From Candidatus Marinacidobacterales bacterium (GTDB lineage: Bacteria; Acidobacteriota; Vicinamibacteria; Marinacidobacterales; DATDRI01): 64,000 nt of DNA. The position numbers were made by a program, and so were the translations under genes. How positions within the stretch are numbered: position 1 is the first letter of the stretch; the number at the start of each line of letters is the position of its first letter. The DNA lies in assembly GCA_965226495.1 (NCBI GenBank), contig OZ245365.1:3072001-3136000 (forward strand), read 5' to 3'. The notes beneath the pieces are model-generated. The model did no database searches. It was not told the DNA's origin and was given only the letters and a program-made list of their open reading frames with translations. Shown piece after piece: positions 29,850 to 39,700 of this stretch.

Positions 29850-30464
29850 CTATTTCTGCAAAGCTTCGTGGACTCGGCCTACCAATTCGGGGCCCGGAGT
29901 CAATGTTTGATCTCCTTCGTCCTTCCATTTGGAAGGACAAGCCTCGGCCTGTTTCTTCGCGAGGTACAGATTGGCCTTGAATTTCCTCATCAGCTCGTCG
30001 ATGTTTCGTCCCATGTTGAAGAAATTCACCTCTGAGTTGAGAAGGGTGCCCTCGGGGTTGATGATGAAGGTTCCCCGGAGAGCCAATCCCGCGCCTTCCT
30101 CGTAAACACCGAACATCCGGGACACCTTGCCCGTCGGGTCGGCGCCCATCGGATATTTGACGTTCACCAATTCTTTTTCGTGCCGTTGCCACGCCAGATG
30201 CACGAACTGCGTGTCGCAGCTAACCGTGACGAGCTCCGCACCCATCTTCTTGAAGCGATCGTACTGCTCTGCCAGAGCAGCAAATTCGGTCGCTCAGACG
30301 AATGTGAAGTCGGCGGGATAGAAGAACAGGATAGTCCATTTATTTTGTGACTTGAGACCGTCGAGACTGATGGTCCCGAAATCTCCCTTCACTGGATCGA
30401 ACGTGGCGAGCTCGAAATTGGGCACCGGATGCCCAACTAGTAGCCCGTTTCCGGATTCACTCAT
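29850..30464 (-). CDS. prxU: Selenocysteine-containing peroxiredoxin (AhpC/Prx1-type, PrxU), 204 aa
   Basis: AAGGAGG RBS, ATG 30464, ...WTILFFYPADFTFV[TGA at 30296-30294]ATEF... The TGA occupies the peroxidatic Cys position; the resolving motif EACPSKW is present. Confidence 0.9.
30262..30282 (-). promoter_or_regulatory. Bacterial SECIS-like hairpin
   Basis: TGCTGCTCT-GGC-AGAGCAGTA stem-loop starting 12 nt 3' of the in-frame UGA, with G in the apical loop. Confidence 0.7.
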
Positions 30465-30588
30465 TCCATTTCCTCCTTGAGTTACCTCTCGAGTTCAGCC
30501 TCGTATCATAACTCAATTGAACAGTCCTCCTACGCCCAAAGTGAGCGCTTCGTCATACCTGGCAGGCATCGAGAAAATCCCTGACCTG

Positions 30589-31660
30589 TCAAGAAGTAAA
30601 GGGCCTAATTCGTGAGCACAGGTAGCCCACGAAATACGTCGTAATGGCCCCCAACCGCGACGTTCCACGTCCAGGCCAAAGGCGTCAGAAGGCCGATCAG
30701 CGTGGGCGCAATGAAACCCGCCAACATTCCAACCAGGGGTCCCTGCCGAGGTAGCCCGACGGCTCGAGACGCCGAGCAAGAAAGCACCCACCGTGGGACC
30801 CGACGCGTAGGACAAAGCCGCGAGTCCGGCCTCGAGTGCAGACGAAGCCCGTTGCGCCAACAAGGCGACAATCGCTTGCGCCACCCCCCAGAAGACGGTG
30901 AACATCCGACCCAGGCGTATCTGCTGTGCTTCCCCTGCCCCAGGGTTCAGGTACGGGATGTAGAAATCCTTGAGCGTCGTCGAGGCGAGGCTGTTCAAAG
31001 AGGGAGACAAGGCCGCCGCCACCACCGCCGCCAAGATGAAGCCAGTCCAGGCTCCCGGGAGCTCGTTGGCAATGAACGTCGGAAGGACTTCGTCCCCTCT
31101 TACGAACGACTTCCCCCCATAGAAGGACCAAAGGAGAGCCCCGATCAAAAGGAACAGCGCGAATTGACCGAAGACCACGAACCCGGAAAGAACGAGCCCC
31201 CGCCCAGCTTCTCGCGCGCTCCGCGCGGCCAGGAGTCGCTGAACCAGATACTGGTCCGTCCCATGCGTGGCGAGTGTCAAGAACATCCCTCCGATAACTC
31301 CGGACCACAACGTATACGTTTTCCCGGAGTCGAGGGACAGATCGAGGAATTGGGTCTTGCCCGCCTGCGCCGCGGAAGCAACCGACTCCGAGATCCCACC
31401 CGGCAAGGCATGAGCCACCGCGACCAGGACTGCCAAAGCCCCGGCTAGATAAACGAACATCTGAACGACGTCGGTCCAGATAGTGGCCTTTACCCCGCCT
31501 TCTTCTGTGTAGAACACCATCGCCGCCGCTAGCACCAGAATGAAGTAGGGCTCGGGCGCGCCGACCACCACCGCCACCACCAATGCCGCGGTGTGGAGCC
31601 GAATACCGTCGGCCAAGGTTCGATAGACGAGGAAGACGGTTGCCGCCACGTTGCGGACCG
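30589..31660 (-). pseudogene. Sodium:solute symporter, 5'-truncated, with two homopolymer frameshifts near the C-terminus
   Basis: YT..GGVKATIWTDVVQ, GTDQYLVQRLLAA, LNSLAS; N-terminal TMs missing; extra C (~30738) and G (~30650) disrupt the tail LVGMLAG...VGAITTYFVGYL. Confidence 0.75.
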
Positions 31661-32716
31661 ATGGACGCCTCGGCGGGTGGCGAGAACCGGATGGGTTTTT
31701 ACATCCGTACCCCGGTCGGCGTGGTCAGCGCAATCTCCCCGTTCAATTTCCCGCTCAACCTGGTCGGACACAAGGTAGCGCCCGCTCTTGCCGCGGGAAA
31801 TACTCTCGTACTCAAACCAGCGACCACCACTCCCCTGACCGCAGTGCGACTCGGCGAGATCCTCATGGAAGCAGGCCTTCCCGACGGTGTCTTCAATCTC
31901 GTCTTCGGCAACGGGGCCACGGTGGGCGATTGGCTGGTCACCGACCCCCGCATCGCTAAGATCACGTTCACGGGAAGTCCCCCGGTTGGTCGGCAGATCA
32001 TGAGCCGCGCCGGTTTAAAAAAGGTCACCCTCGAACTCGGGAACAACTCCGGTACCATCATCGAAGATGATGCGGATATCGATCAGGCGGTGCCTCGGTG
32101 CGTGGTTTCCTCTTTTGCCAACTCCGGACAAATCTGCATTAGTCTCCAGCGGCTCTACCTCCACGAGAAGATCGCCGAGGAGTTCACCGATAAATTTCTC
32201 GCCGCCACCGAGAAACTGAAGGTGGGAAACCCTCTCGATCGAGACTGCGATGTGGGACCCATGATCACCGAGTCCGAGGCGGAGCGGGCCGAGGCTTGGA
32301 TGCACGAGGCGTTGCCCAAGGGGCGAAGATCCTGATCGGCGACAGACGGGAAGGCCGGATGCTCTGGCCCACCGTCATGACCGACGTGAAGCCAAACATG
32401 AAAGTGGTTTGCGATGAGACCTTCGCTCCTCAGGTGTCTTTGGTGACCTATCGATCGTTCGACGAGGCTCTCGACCTCTTGGCGGACTCGGCCTACGGCC
32501 TACAAGCCGGCATCTACATCGAGCGACATCAAGAAAGCCTTCCAGGCCATCAAGCGAGTGGACGTAGGCGGAATGATGGTGAACGACACGTCGATCTTCC
32601 GCGTCGATCAGATGCCCTACGGCGGGAACAAGATGAGTGGGATCGGCCGGGAAGGCGTTCGCTTCGCCATCGAGGAGATGACGAATATCCGGATGGTGTG
32701 CTTCAACCTCGCCTAG
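31658..32716 (+). pseudogene. Aldehyde dehydrogenase, 5'-truncated, with frameshifts near 32310 and 32519
   Basis: PVGVVSAISPFNFP, LKPA, FTGS, TLELG, GQICIS, ETFAP, PYGGNKMSGIGREG across three frames. Confidence 0.8.
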
Positions 32717-32803
32717 CGAATCACCTTGCCTTTCGAACAAACGCGGTAAGCTAGGGGAGGCTGCATCGACCGGGTTCCGAAAACCCTGGAGGTCTCACCC
32801 CCA

Positions 32804-33097
32804 TTGAGGCAGCACAGGCTCACTCACGACGAGCTGGCCATCAAGCTCGGCATCAACCAGACCGTCGTCTCGCAATACGAGCGCGGGAAGCTTCGCATGC
32901 ACAGCACTCTCATCGCCGCCTTCGCCAACGCCTTGAAAATTTCCTCCGACGAGATCCTCGGCCTCCAGCGAATCCGAGGAAACGGTTTTATCCAAGACCG
33001 CCGTTTGCTCAGGCGCCTCGAGAAGATGGACTCGCTTTCGAGATCCCAGAAGCCGGCTCTGCTAGCGACTACCGACGCTTTCATCTCGGCCGCCTAG
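32804..33097 (+). CDS. XRE-family transcriptional regulator (start uncertain, possibly degenerate)
   Basis: LTHDELAIKLGINQTVVSQYERG HTH, LKISSDEILG, RRLLRRLEKMDSL. Confidence 0.7.
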   Translation: MRQHRLTHDELAIKLGINQTVVSQYERGKLRMHSTLIAAFANALKISSDEILGLQRIRGNGFIQDRRLLRRLEKMDSLSRSQKPALLATTDAFISAA

Positions 33098-33144
33098 CGG
33101 TACAGGGCCTCGTTTTCCGGCATCGCGCAGGCTACAATAAGGTC

Positions 33145-33369
33145 ATGAAGGTTGTTACGGGCATTGTCGTCGATGGAAAGATCGTGGTCGAGGGCGAACC
33201 TCTGACAGACGGTTCCAAGGTCACGGTCCTAGCTCCCGAAGGTGAGGGCGACACCTTCGAGCTGCCCCCAGAGCAAGAGGCACTTCTCCTCGAAGCCATT
33301 GGTGAGATCGAGCGCGGAGAGGGGATCGACGCCCGGAAGTTCATGAAACAGGTCGGCCAGCGAGATTGA
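33145..33369 (+). CDS. Putative type II antitoxin
   Basis: 74 aa, acidic C-terminus (EALLLEAIGEIERGEGIDA); overlaps the toxin start. Confidence 0.75.
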   Translation: MKVVTGIVVDGKIVVEGEPLTDGSKVTVLAPEGEGDTFELPPEQEALLLEAIGEIERGEGIDARKFMKQVGQRD

Positions 33370-33677
33370 GCGCCCCGCGCGCGATTATCCTCGCACCCAG
33401 AGCCGTGCGCGCCATCGAAAAAGCCTCTGCCTGGTGGGCGGAACACCGCCCCGCAGCTCCCCAAGCCTTTAATGAAGAGCTCGAGCGAGCCTTGGACCTC
33501 ATTTCCACTCACCCTTGGGCTGGCGTGAAAGCGACTAACGTTAAGCTTCTCGGTGTCCGAAGGATCCATCTAATCCTGATTCACTACTACCTCTACTACC
33601 GTTTGAGCCAAGACGGTAAGACCGTGGAAGTGCTCGCACTTTGGCACGCTAGCCGAGGTCCCGGTCCGTCTTTATAG
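33366..33677 (+). CDS. RelE/ParE-family toxin
   Basis: APRA...I.....WW...RP.A...F..EL..AL..I...P..G, VRRI, YYLYYR, VEVLALWHASR. Confidence 0.85.
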   Translation: MSAPRAIILAPRAVRAIEKASAWWAEHRPAAPQAFNEELERALDLISTHPWAGVKATNVKLLGVRRIHLILIHYYLYYRLSQDGKTVEVLALWHASRGPGPSL

Positions 33678-33684
33678 TCCTGAC

Positions 33685-33792
33685 CTCGGGCTCCGGCCGG
33701 CCGACGAGATGCGCCCAATGAGCACCGGCCGTCCTCCGCTCCCTGAGCGCAGAGCCCGTCTTCAAGAACGGGCCTCGGTCATGGTGCTTGCA
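33685..33792 (+). repeat. Conserved ~110-bp element, copy A (inverted partner of 36193-36311)
   Basis: First 15 nt (CTCGGGCTCCGGCCG) identical to copy B; colinear ATGAGC.CC.GCCGTCCT.CGC..CCTG.GCGC.GAGCC.GTC; ends in TCGGTCA.G...CTTGCA. Confidence 0.8.
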
Positions 33793-33976
33793 GTTGAGTG
33801 GGAAAGCGCTGCGCAATCACCTTGCCCTTCGGCCTCCGTTGAGCGCTTCTTCTAACAGGAAGAGACTCCTCGGCCAGGAAGTACCGAGCTTCCCGTCCTC
33901 GGAGCCTCGACATCAAAGCCGTAATCGGCTGACTCAGTCACCCCCGCCCACCCGGGATGGCCGGCCACGCTCGCAT

Positions 33977-34047
33977 GAGCTGCGGCTCTAGCTCATGAGT
34001 CGCGGCCGTGGATGGCTAAGCTGCGGTTCTAGCTCACAAGCTGCGGC
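33977..34047. repeat. ~20-bp iteron-like direct repeats (RAGCTGCGGYTCTAGCTCAY)
   Basis: Full units at 33977 and 34018, degenerate unit at 33997, partial unit at 34038. Confidence 0.6.
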
Positions 34048-34185
34048 AGATGACGCCCGCCCCGCCCCAAGCTCCGGAGGGAGTTGGCCTCGCTTCGCGA
34101 CCGGGCAAGGCTTACGCAGCGGAGCAAGGCCCGCGCCCTCCGCTGGAATGCAATCAACTAAGCTTCGGTCACGTCCCTTGCATCG

Positions 34186-34286
34186 TTGTCCGATAAGGGC
34201 GCCCTTATCGGACCTTGCCCTGCCCAACTCCCTCCTACGGGTCGCCCTACCGGGCGACCTTTACGTAATCGAGGATTACGTACAAG
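34186..34286. other. Two dif/Xer-like dyads (candidate tyrosine-recombinase sites)
   Basis: GTCCGATAA-GGGCGCCC-TTATCGGAC (perfect 26-bp palindrome, 34188-34213) and TACGTAA-TCGAGGA-TTACGTA (34262-34282). Confidence 0.5.
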
Positions 34287-34351
34287 CCCTCGCTGACGCT
34301 CGGGAATTTGGGGCGGGCGAGTGAGAAGATGCGTGCATGAGCCGGCGCCGC

Positions 34352-35791
34352 TCCCGTCTGCCCCCTCCAGGGGGCTCCCACTTGCTTGTCCGCACGTGAA
34401 AAACTTCGCATACTGGTGACATGAGTATTCACGACTGTCGCTTCTTGATCGAGGTGCAGGGCGACTACAAAAAGGTCTGCCGCATTGTCTTCGGAAAAAA
34501 AGACGCGAGCCTTTACCTCCTACCGTACGGACGTCAAAAACGTTACCTCTGGGGTGAAGGCACCATTCCTGAAGGCACCACAACAGCAACGTTCCCCCAT
34601 GCCAATCCCGCAGGCGAAGTGCACAGACCAAAGCTATCTATCCATGAGTCTGGCCAAGTGCACGTGAAACTGGGCGAGGCGTACAAGGCCGGTCCGCTCA
34701 TATCCGTCCCCGTCGGACAAGAACCTCTTTGGGAGTTTCGGGGCGAGCACCAGTTGCAGGGTTAACGATCGACAGCATCGAGTCCTTACCAAGCGCGCAG
34801 AGGTCGTTGGGTCAAGCCCAAACCAAAACCGAACCGTCGCCGGATCTAGTTCTTGGTGCTGCCGAGACATCCAACAGCTACGAACCCGACTCGAGAAAAA
34901 AGGTTTGCGAGCGGCACGTGTCTTCGAAGTCGCTGGTGAGCCTTGTTTCGGAGGAAAAAAAGCTCTCGCAACGCGAACGGAGGAAAGAGCCCAAAACAAA
35001 TGGCGGGACGTGAGGATCGGATACCTCTTCGCCGCTAGGCAAGTCGAAGAGCATCGCTACGAGAACTTGTCCCGAAGGGCGACTACAAAAAGGTCTGCCG
35101 CATTGTCTTCGGAAAAAAAGACGCGAGCCTTTACCTCCTACCGTACGGACGTCAAAAACGTTACCTCGCACCATTCCTGAAGGCACCACAACAGCAACGT
35201 TCCCCCATGCCAATCCCGCAGGCGAAGTGCACAGACCAAAGCTATCTATCCATGAGTCTGGCCAAGTGCACGTGAAACTGGGCGAGGCGTACAAGGCCGG
35301 TCCGCTACGGACAAAACCTCTTTGGGAGTTTCGGGGCGAGCACCTTGCAGGGTTAACGATCGACAGCATCGAGTCCTTACCAAGCGCAGGCAAGCCCAAA
35401 CCAAAACCGAAGTCGCCGGATCTAGTTCTTGGTGCTCGAGACATCCAACAAACCCGACGGTTTGCGATTTACGCCAACGGGGCAGAGCCTAGCTTCGATT
35501 CCCCAGTTAAAGCAAAGATCACAATGAACCGCGCAGGACTCCCTTCTCCATTGCACATCGGGATTACAACTTTTCAGCAGGCTTCCCTGACATCGGACGA
35601 AGAAGGTGGAGTGACAATCATCTGTGGATGGAATCCCGATGACGACGAACTTGCTGAACTACGGATCCTCTGGGTTCGCGCGATCTGAGCATCATCGGTT
35701 CCTGAAGTGTCACGGTAATAGAAAAGGGGCAACACGAATCAAGCTCGTCAGCTTTCTAGCGCAGGGAGCCCCCTTGAGGGGGCGGACGGGA
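34352..35791. mobile_element. Cassette bounded by 28-bp inverted repeats, carrying one orphan gene
   Basis: 34352-34379 TCCCGTCTGCCCCCTCCAGGGGGCTCCC versus 35764-35791 GGGAGCCCCCTTGAGGGGGCGGACGGGA (26/28 complementary); no transposase inside. Confidence 0.55.
34421..35688 (+). pseudogene. Hypothetical ~220-aa beta-rich protein split by an imperfect internal tandem duplication
   Basis: 34458-34877 recurs at 35076-35449 with indels. Joining MSIHDCRFLIEV...YKAGPL to RTKPLWEF...LRILWVRAI gives one ORF. Confidence 0.65.
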
Positions 35792-36192
35792 CCACTGGGG
35801 TGGATCTGCAAAGGGCGTGACCCGAAGGGCGACCCGGGGACCGTGGGTCGCGCGATCCTCCCCCAAGGCCACGACCGCGACGAGCGCAGCGAGGCATCCA
35901 TTACCGGGCGTGGCCGGGATGGGTGTCCCCCCTTGGGGATTCCTTGTTCTGGTGGGGGCGCCTCGGAAGGGGGGATCCAAGGGGGGAAACCAAGGCGGGG
36001 GAGGCGCGGCACGCCCTTTGCCCACCCCGCACCTAAGGGTGGGCGGGGGTGACTGATCCACCGATCACGGATCCAACGTTGAGGCGATGCGTGTGGGAAG
36101 TCCGGTACAGTCTTCCGAACCGCATCGCCTCCTCCTTATTCGAAAGCAACAAGCCGAGAGGGCGCGCCGCTTGCCGCACCGAATCACGCCCT

Positions 36193-36311
36193 TGCAAGTG
36201 GCGTGACCGAAGGCTTCATCAAGAAACCAAGAATGACCGGCTCCGCGCGCAGGCTGCGAAGGACGGCTGGCGCTCATGAAGATCCACCGCGCCAGTCGGC
36301 CGGAGCCCGAG
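36193..36311 (-). repeat. Conserved ~120-bp element, copy B
   Basis: Reverse complement aligns with 33685-33792; internal stems GGCTCCG/CGGAGCC and CTGGCGC/GCGCCAG. Confidence 0.8.
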
Positions 36312-36379
36312 CACGGAGCCGATCCTTTAGAAACGACAGGATTTCAAAGTTCAACTCTCCAAGTAATCCTCCCCGCCTT

Positions 36380-36715
36380 CTATTCGACTCGGTCGCCATC
36401 AACAAAACGCTGCTCTTCTTCAATCTCCCCGTAATCGTTCCAGAAACGCCACAAGCCGTCTTTCTTGCCCTCTTTGTAGTGCCCCCCCGACGCGAGCTGA
36501 CCATTCTCGTGATAGTCTTTCCAAAGTTCCGTTTCTACGCCATGCTCGTAGAGACCCTCCGACGCCAACTGACCGTTGCGATGATGCGCCTGAAACAGCC
36601 CGTGGCGAATCCATCTGTCACCCTCAGGCGATAAATATCGACTGTATCGGAGATGCAATTCCCCAGTGTCGTAGGGAATCTCCGCTACTTCCAAAACTTT
36701 CTTCTGATCCTTCAT
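36380..36715 (-). CDS. Putative immunity protein, YwqK/MORN-variant repeats
   Basis: HG.F...H.NGQLASEG.Y..G....W..YHENGQL...G.Y..GKKDG.W; starts 18 bp after the Rhs stop. Confidence 0.8.
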   Translation of the reverse strand: MKDQKKVLEVAEIPYDTGELHLRYSRYLSPEGDRWIRHGLFQAHHRNGQLASEGLYEHGVETELWKDYHENGQLASGGHYKEGKKDGLWRFWNDYGEIEEEQRFVDGDRVE

Positions 36716-36733
36716 CTGCTATCTCAAGCCTTA

Positions 36734-39700
36734 CTATTTCTTCGGCAAGAAATCACTAGGCTTAAACAGATCTGTTCGTACCGGAAGTCTGGTTTTTGGA
36801 TCATACCGCGTAATTGCAATGGTATCAGGCAAAGCCCCCTCTCGAGCTTCGAAAGCCTTGATGAAGCGGATAATCTCTTGCCGATCTTTTGTGATGTTCC
36901 GGCCAAGCGGTTTGTCATCTATGATGAGACGCCTCCCAAAACTCACCGCGTCCGGTTGAACGGTTTGGGTGCCCTTGCTTGCTTTGGGTTCGCCTGACTT
37001 CAGATCCACCCGCTTGGGAACTCGGATGGGGTTACCCTCGGTGTCCCTGAGTCTCTGATTAACGACATCGAACTCCTTGGACGCACGGCGTTCTGCCGCT
37101 AGCTGGGCATGTACCGTTGTACCTCTTCGTGCAGACTCCGTGTTGCCGCTGTTCTTGGCCCCTTGAGACTGGGTGGCCGCTTTCGGCTGCGTGTTACCAT
37201 TTCTCCCCTCAGCCCGTACGTGTGGTTGAGACTCAGTGTCGCCAGCGTTGCTGGCTGCACTGGAGAGCAGTATTCCAGCAGGCAGTGAGGAACCGGGGCC
37301 TGTAATAGTGACTGAAACGCTGGGGACGCCACCAAGTCGAAGCGCCGCAGCTCCACCTGCGTTGACTACGGTAGCGGGTGCTGGAGTGGCGTTAAAGTTG
37401 ATCTTCGGGAGATTCTGTATGGCCTTGTACGCAAAGAATAACTGGCCGCCTAGCTCACCGGCTCCTGTCGCTGCGCCAAAAACATCACCACGCTCCAAGG
37501 CCTCATCAATATTCCGGATCGGCGCAAGCGCCACTTCCTTCGCAAACTCGCCCGGGTTTTCAAGCGCGAAGGCAGCAGTATTCAGCGCCTGCTCAACTGC
37601 CAATGCCTCCGGCCGAAAAATTGGTAAGCCGCCGGATGCCTTGAAAGCTAAGGCTCCTGTCAAGTTGAACGAGGCCTTAAAGGTTAGGACGAAGGGAGAA
37701 GCAAGTACCTTTCCAAACCCTACAACTGCTCCCCCAAAGGCAATTGCTTGCTGCCTGAGTAACTCTAATTGTGCGGACTCCTCCTGGGAGGATCGTTCGC
37801 ACGATAGGCAGATAGGTAATCGACCGCTTGGATCAACGAACCGGAATGGACTCTGCATTACATAGCTGTAGCGATGCAGGGTCGGTGGACGGTTCACATC
37901 CCCAAGCAAGTTATCCTGGGTCAGGAACCTGCCAATGTCCGGATCATAAAACCTCGCTCTAGCGTAGATAAGACCAGTCTCGTCATCCTTCTCAAGACCA
38001 GTAAAAGTGAACTTATTCGTTGAAGATCCGATGCGCTCACGCTCGTTGCCCCACGCGTCATAGAAGATCGACTCGCGCGCACTCCCAGACCCATCAGTCA
38101 AACTGACAGTCGAACCTAGGATGTCGAGGTGGAAGAAGCTCCGCCCTTCATTCCGGTTGTCCAAGCTTACGAGCTGGTCCAGGCCATAGTCGTACTTGGA
38201 GACCGTGATGCCGTCTTCGTCGGCCTCCGTGATGACGCTGAGCTGGTCGTAGGTGTAATGCCTCCGACCGTCCGCACCGATCTTGAGGATTCGGCGCCCA
38301 TCGAAGTCGTAGCCGTAACGGCCGAGAATGCTCGCTCCTTGCTGCACTTCCCCAAGCTGGTCGCGGATGCTGTACAGGAACCGCGTCTCGACTCCAGCCT
38401 TGGTTTTCGATAGCGTGTTACCGTTTGCATCGTATTCATAGAGGACGTTTTGGGTAGTATCGAGATTATCGGTGATGGTCTCGAGGCGGTTGATGGCGCC
38501 GTAATCGTAGGTGAGGTCCTTGAGAGTCGCGGTTGTGACGGGATCGGTGTCCGTCTCTGTTTTCCGATTACCGACTGGGTCATAGGTGTATGTGACCAGT
38601 CGTCCGTTGCGGAAAGTAGTATCGACAGGATAGTTAACCGTTTCGAGACGGTTGACGGGGTCATACGTGTAGGTCGTGGTCTCGTTGCGGCCGGCGTTGG
38701 TTTCGATCTGGGAGAGTCGGTTCCCGTTGGGTGTGTACTCGTAGGTGTACGCCGAGACGGTGCCACCGGGGCCCTCGTGGTCTATCGAGGTCAGCCGGTC
38801 GGCGGCGTCGTAGTCGAAGGTGGAGACCGTGGCATTCGGGTTGGTAACGGTTTCCTTGAGACCATCGGGGAAGTACGTGTAGACGGTCTGCCCGCCTTCC
38901 GTGGTCAACGTCTCGAGGCGGTTCAAAACGTCGTAAGTATAGACGGTTTCCTTGTTGTCGGGGTCTCTCAGGAGGGTGCGGTTACCCTGGTCGTCGTAAT
39001 CGTAAGTCAGCGTCTTGCCGAAAGTGTCGGTCTCGGTCTCTAGGCGGTCTAAATCGTCGTAGGTCTTGTTATGGATGAAGACCGTAGGCGGGTCGGTGCC
39101 CGAGCTGCGGAGCTCGTCAACTCGAATGAGGTTGTCGTTCGGATCGTACCCAAAATCGATCCGATGCGTTCTCGTGAACAACTCAAAATCCTCCGGAGTT
39201 AAGCTGTAGATCTTCGCCTCCATCCGGTTGAGCTCATCGTATTCGAAATCAATCACTTGCCCCTTGGGATCGGTGAGCTTCGTTTCGTTCCCGTTCGGGT
39301 CGTAGTCGTGGTCGGTGATGAGGTTGAATCCGCTGGGATCCTGAATCATCCGCTCCAGCCGGTTGAGATTGTCGTATCTGAATTCAACGCCGTTGTCCTC
39401 AGCGTCGACCTGGCGGATGCGGTTTCGGTTCTCGTCATAGTCGTACCGGAAGACCCCGGTGTCGGCCATACGGACTTCCATGAGCTCGTTGAGCTCCCCA
39501 TAGTCAAATTCTGTCCTCTGGCCTTCCGGCTCAATCTGCGCCTTACGGTTGCCTTCGCCGTCGTATTCGAACTCGGTGATATTGTTCTCCCCGTCTTCCA
39601 CGAAGCGCAGCCGGTTCAGCTCGTCGTAGGTGTTCTTGATGTCGAAGGGAGAGCCGGTGACGCGGCCGTCCTTCTCCGTGAAGAGGTTACCGACCCTGTC

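Noticed and set aside
30294-30296. Nonsense mutation making the peroxiredoxin a pseudogene
   Set aside because: The TGA sits exactly at the catalytic Cys and is followed by a SECIS-like hairpin, so selenocysteine is more likely
33977-34047. Possible CRISPR array
   Set aside because: Units are adjacent ~20-bp repeats without unique spacers, and there are no cas genes in the window
33788-36504. Short ORFs across the repeat array (33788, 33995, 35624, 35710, 36049, 36203 and others)
   Set aside because: Pro/Gly/Arg-rich translations of GC-rich palindromic DNA with no family motifs
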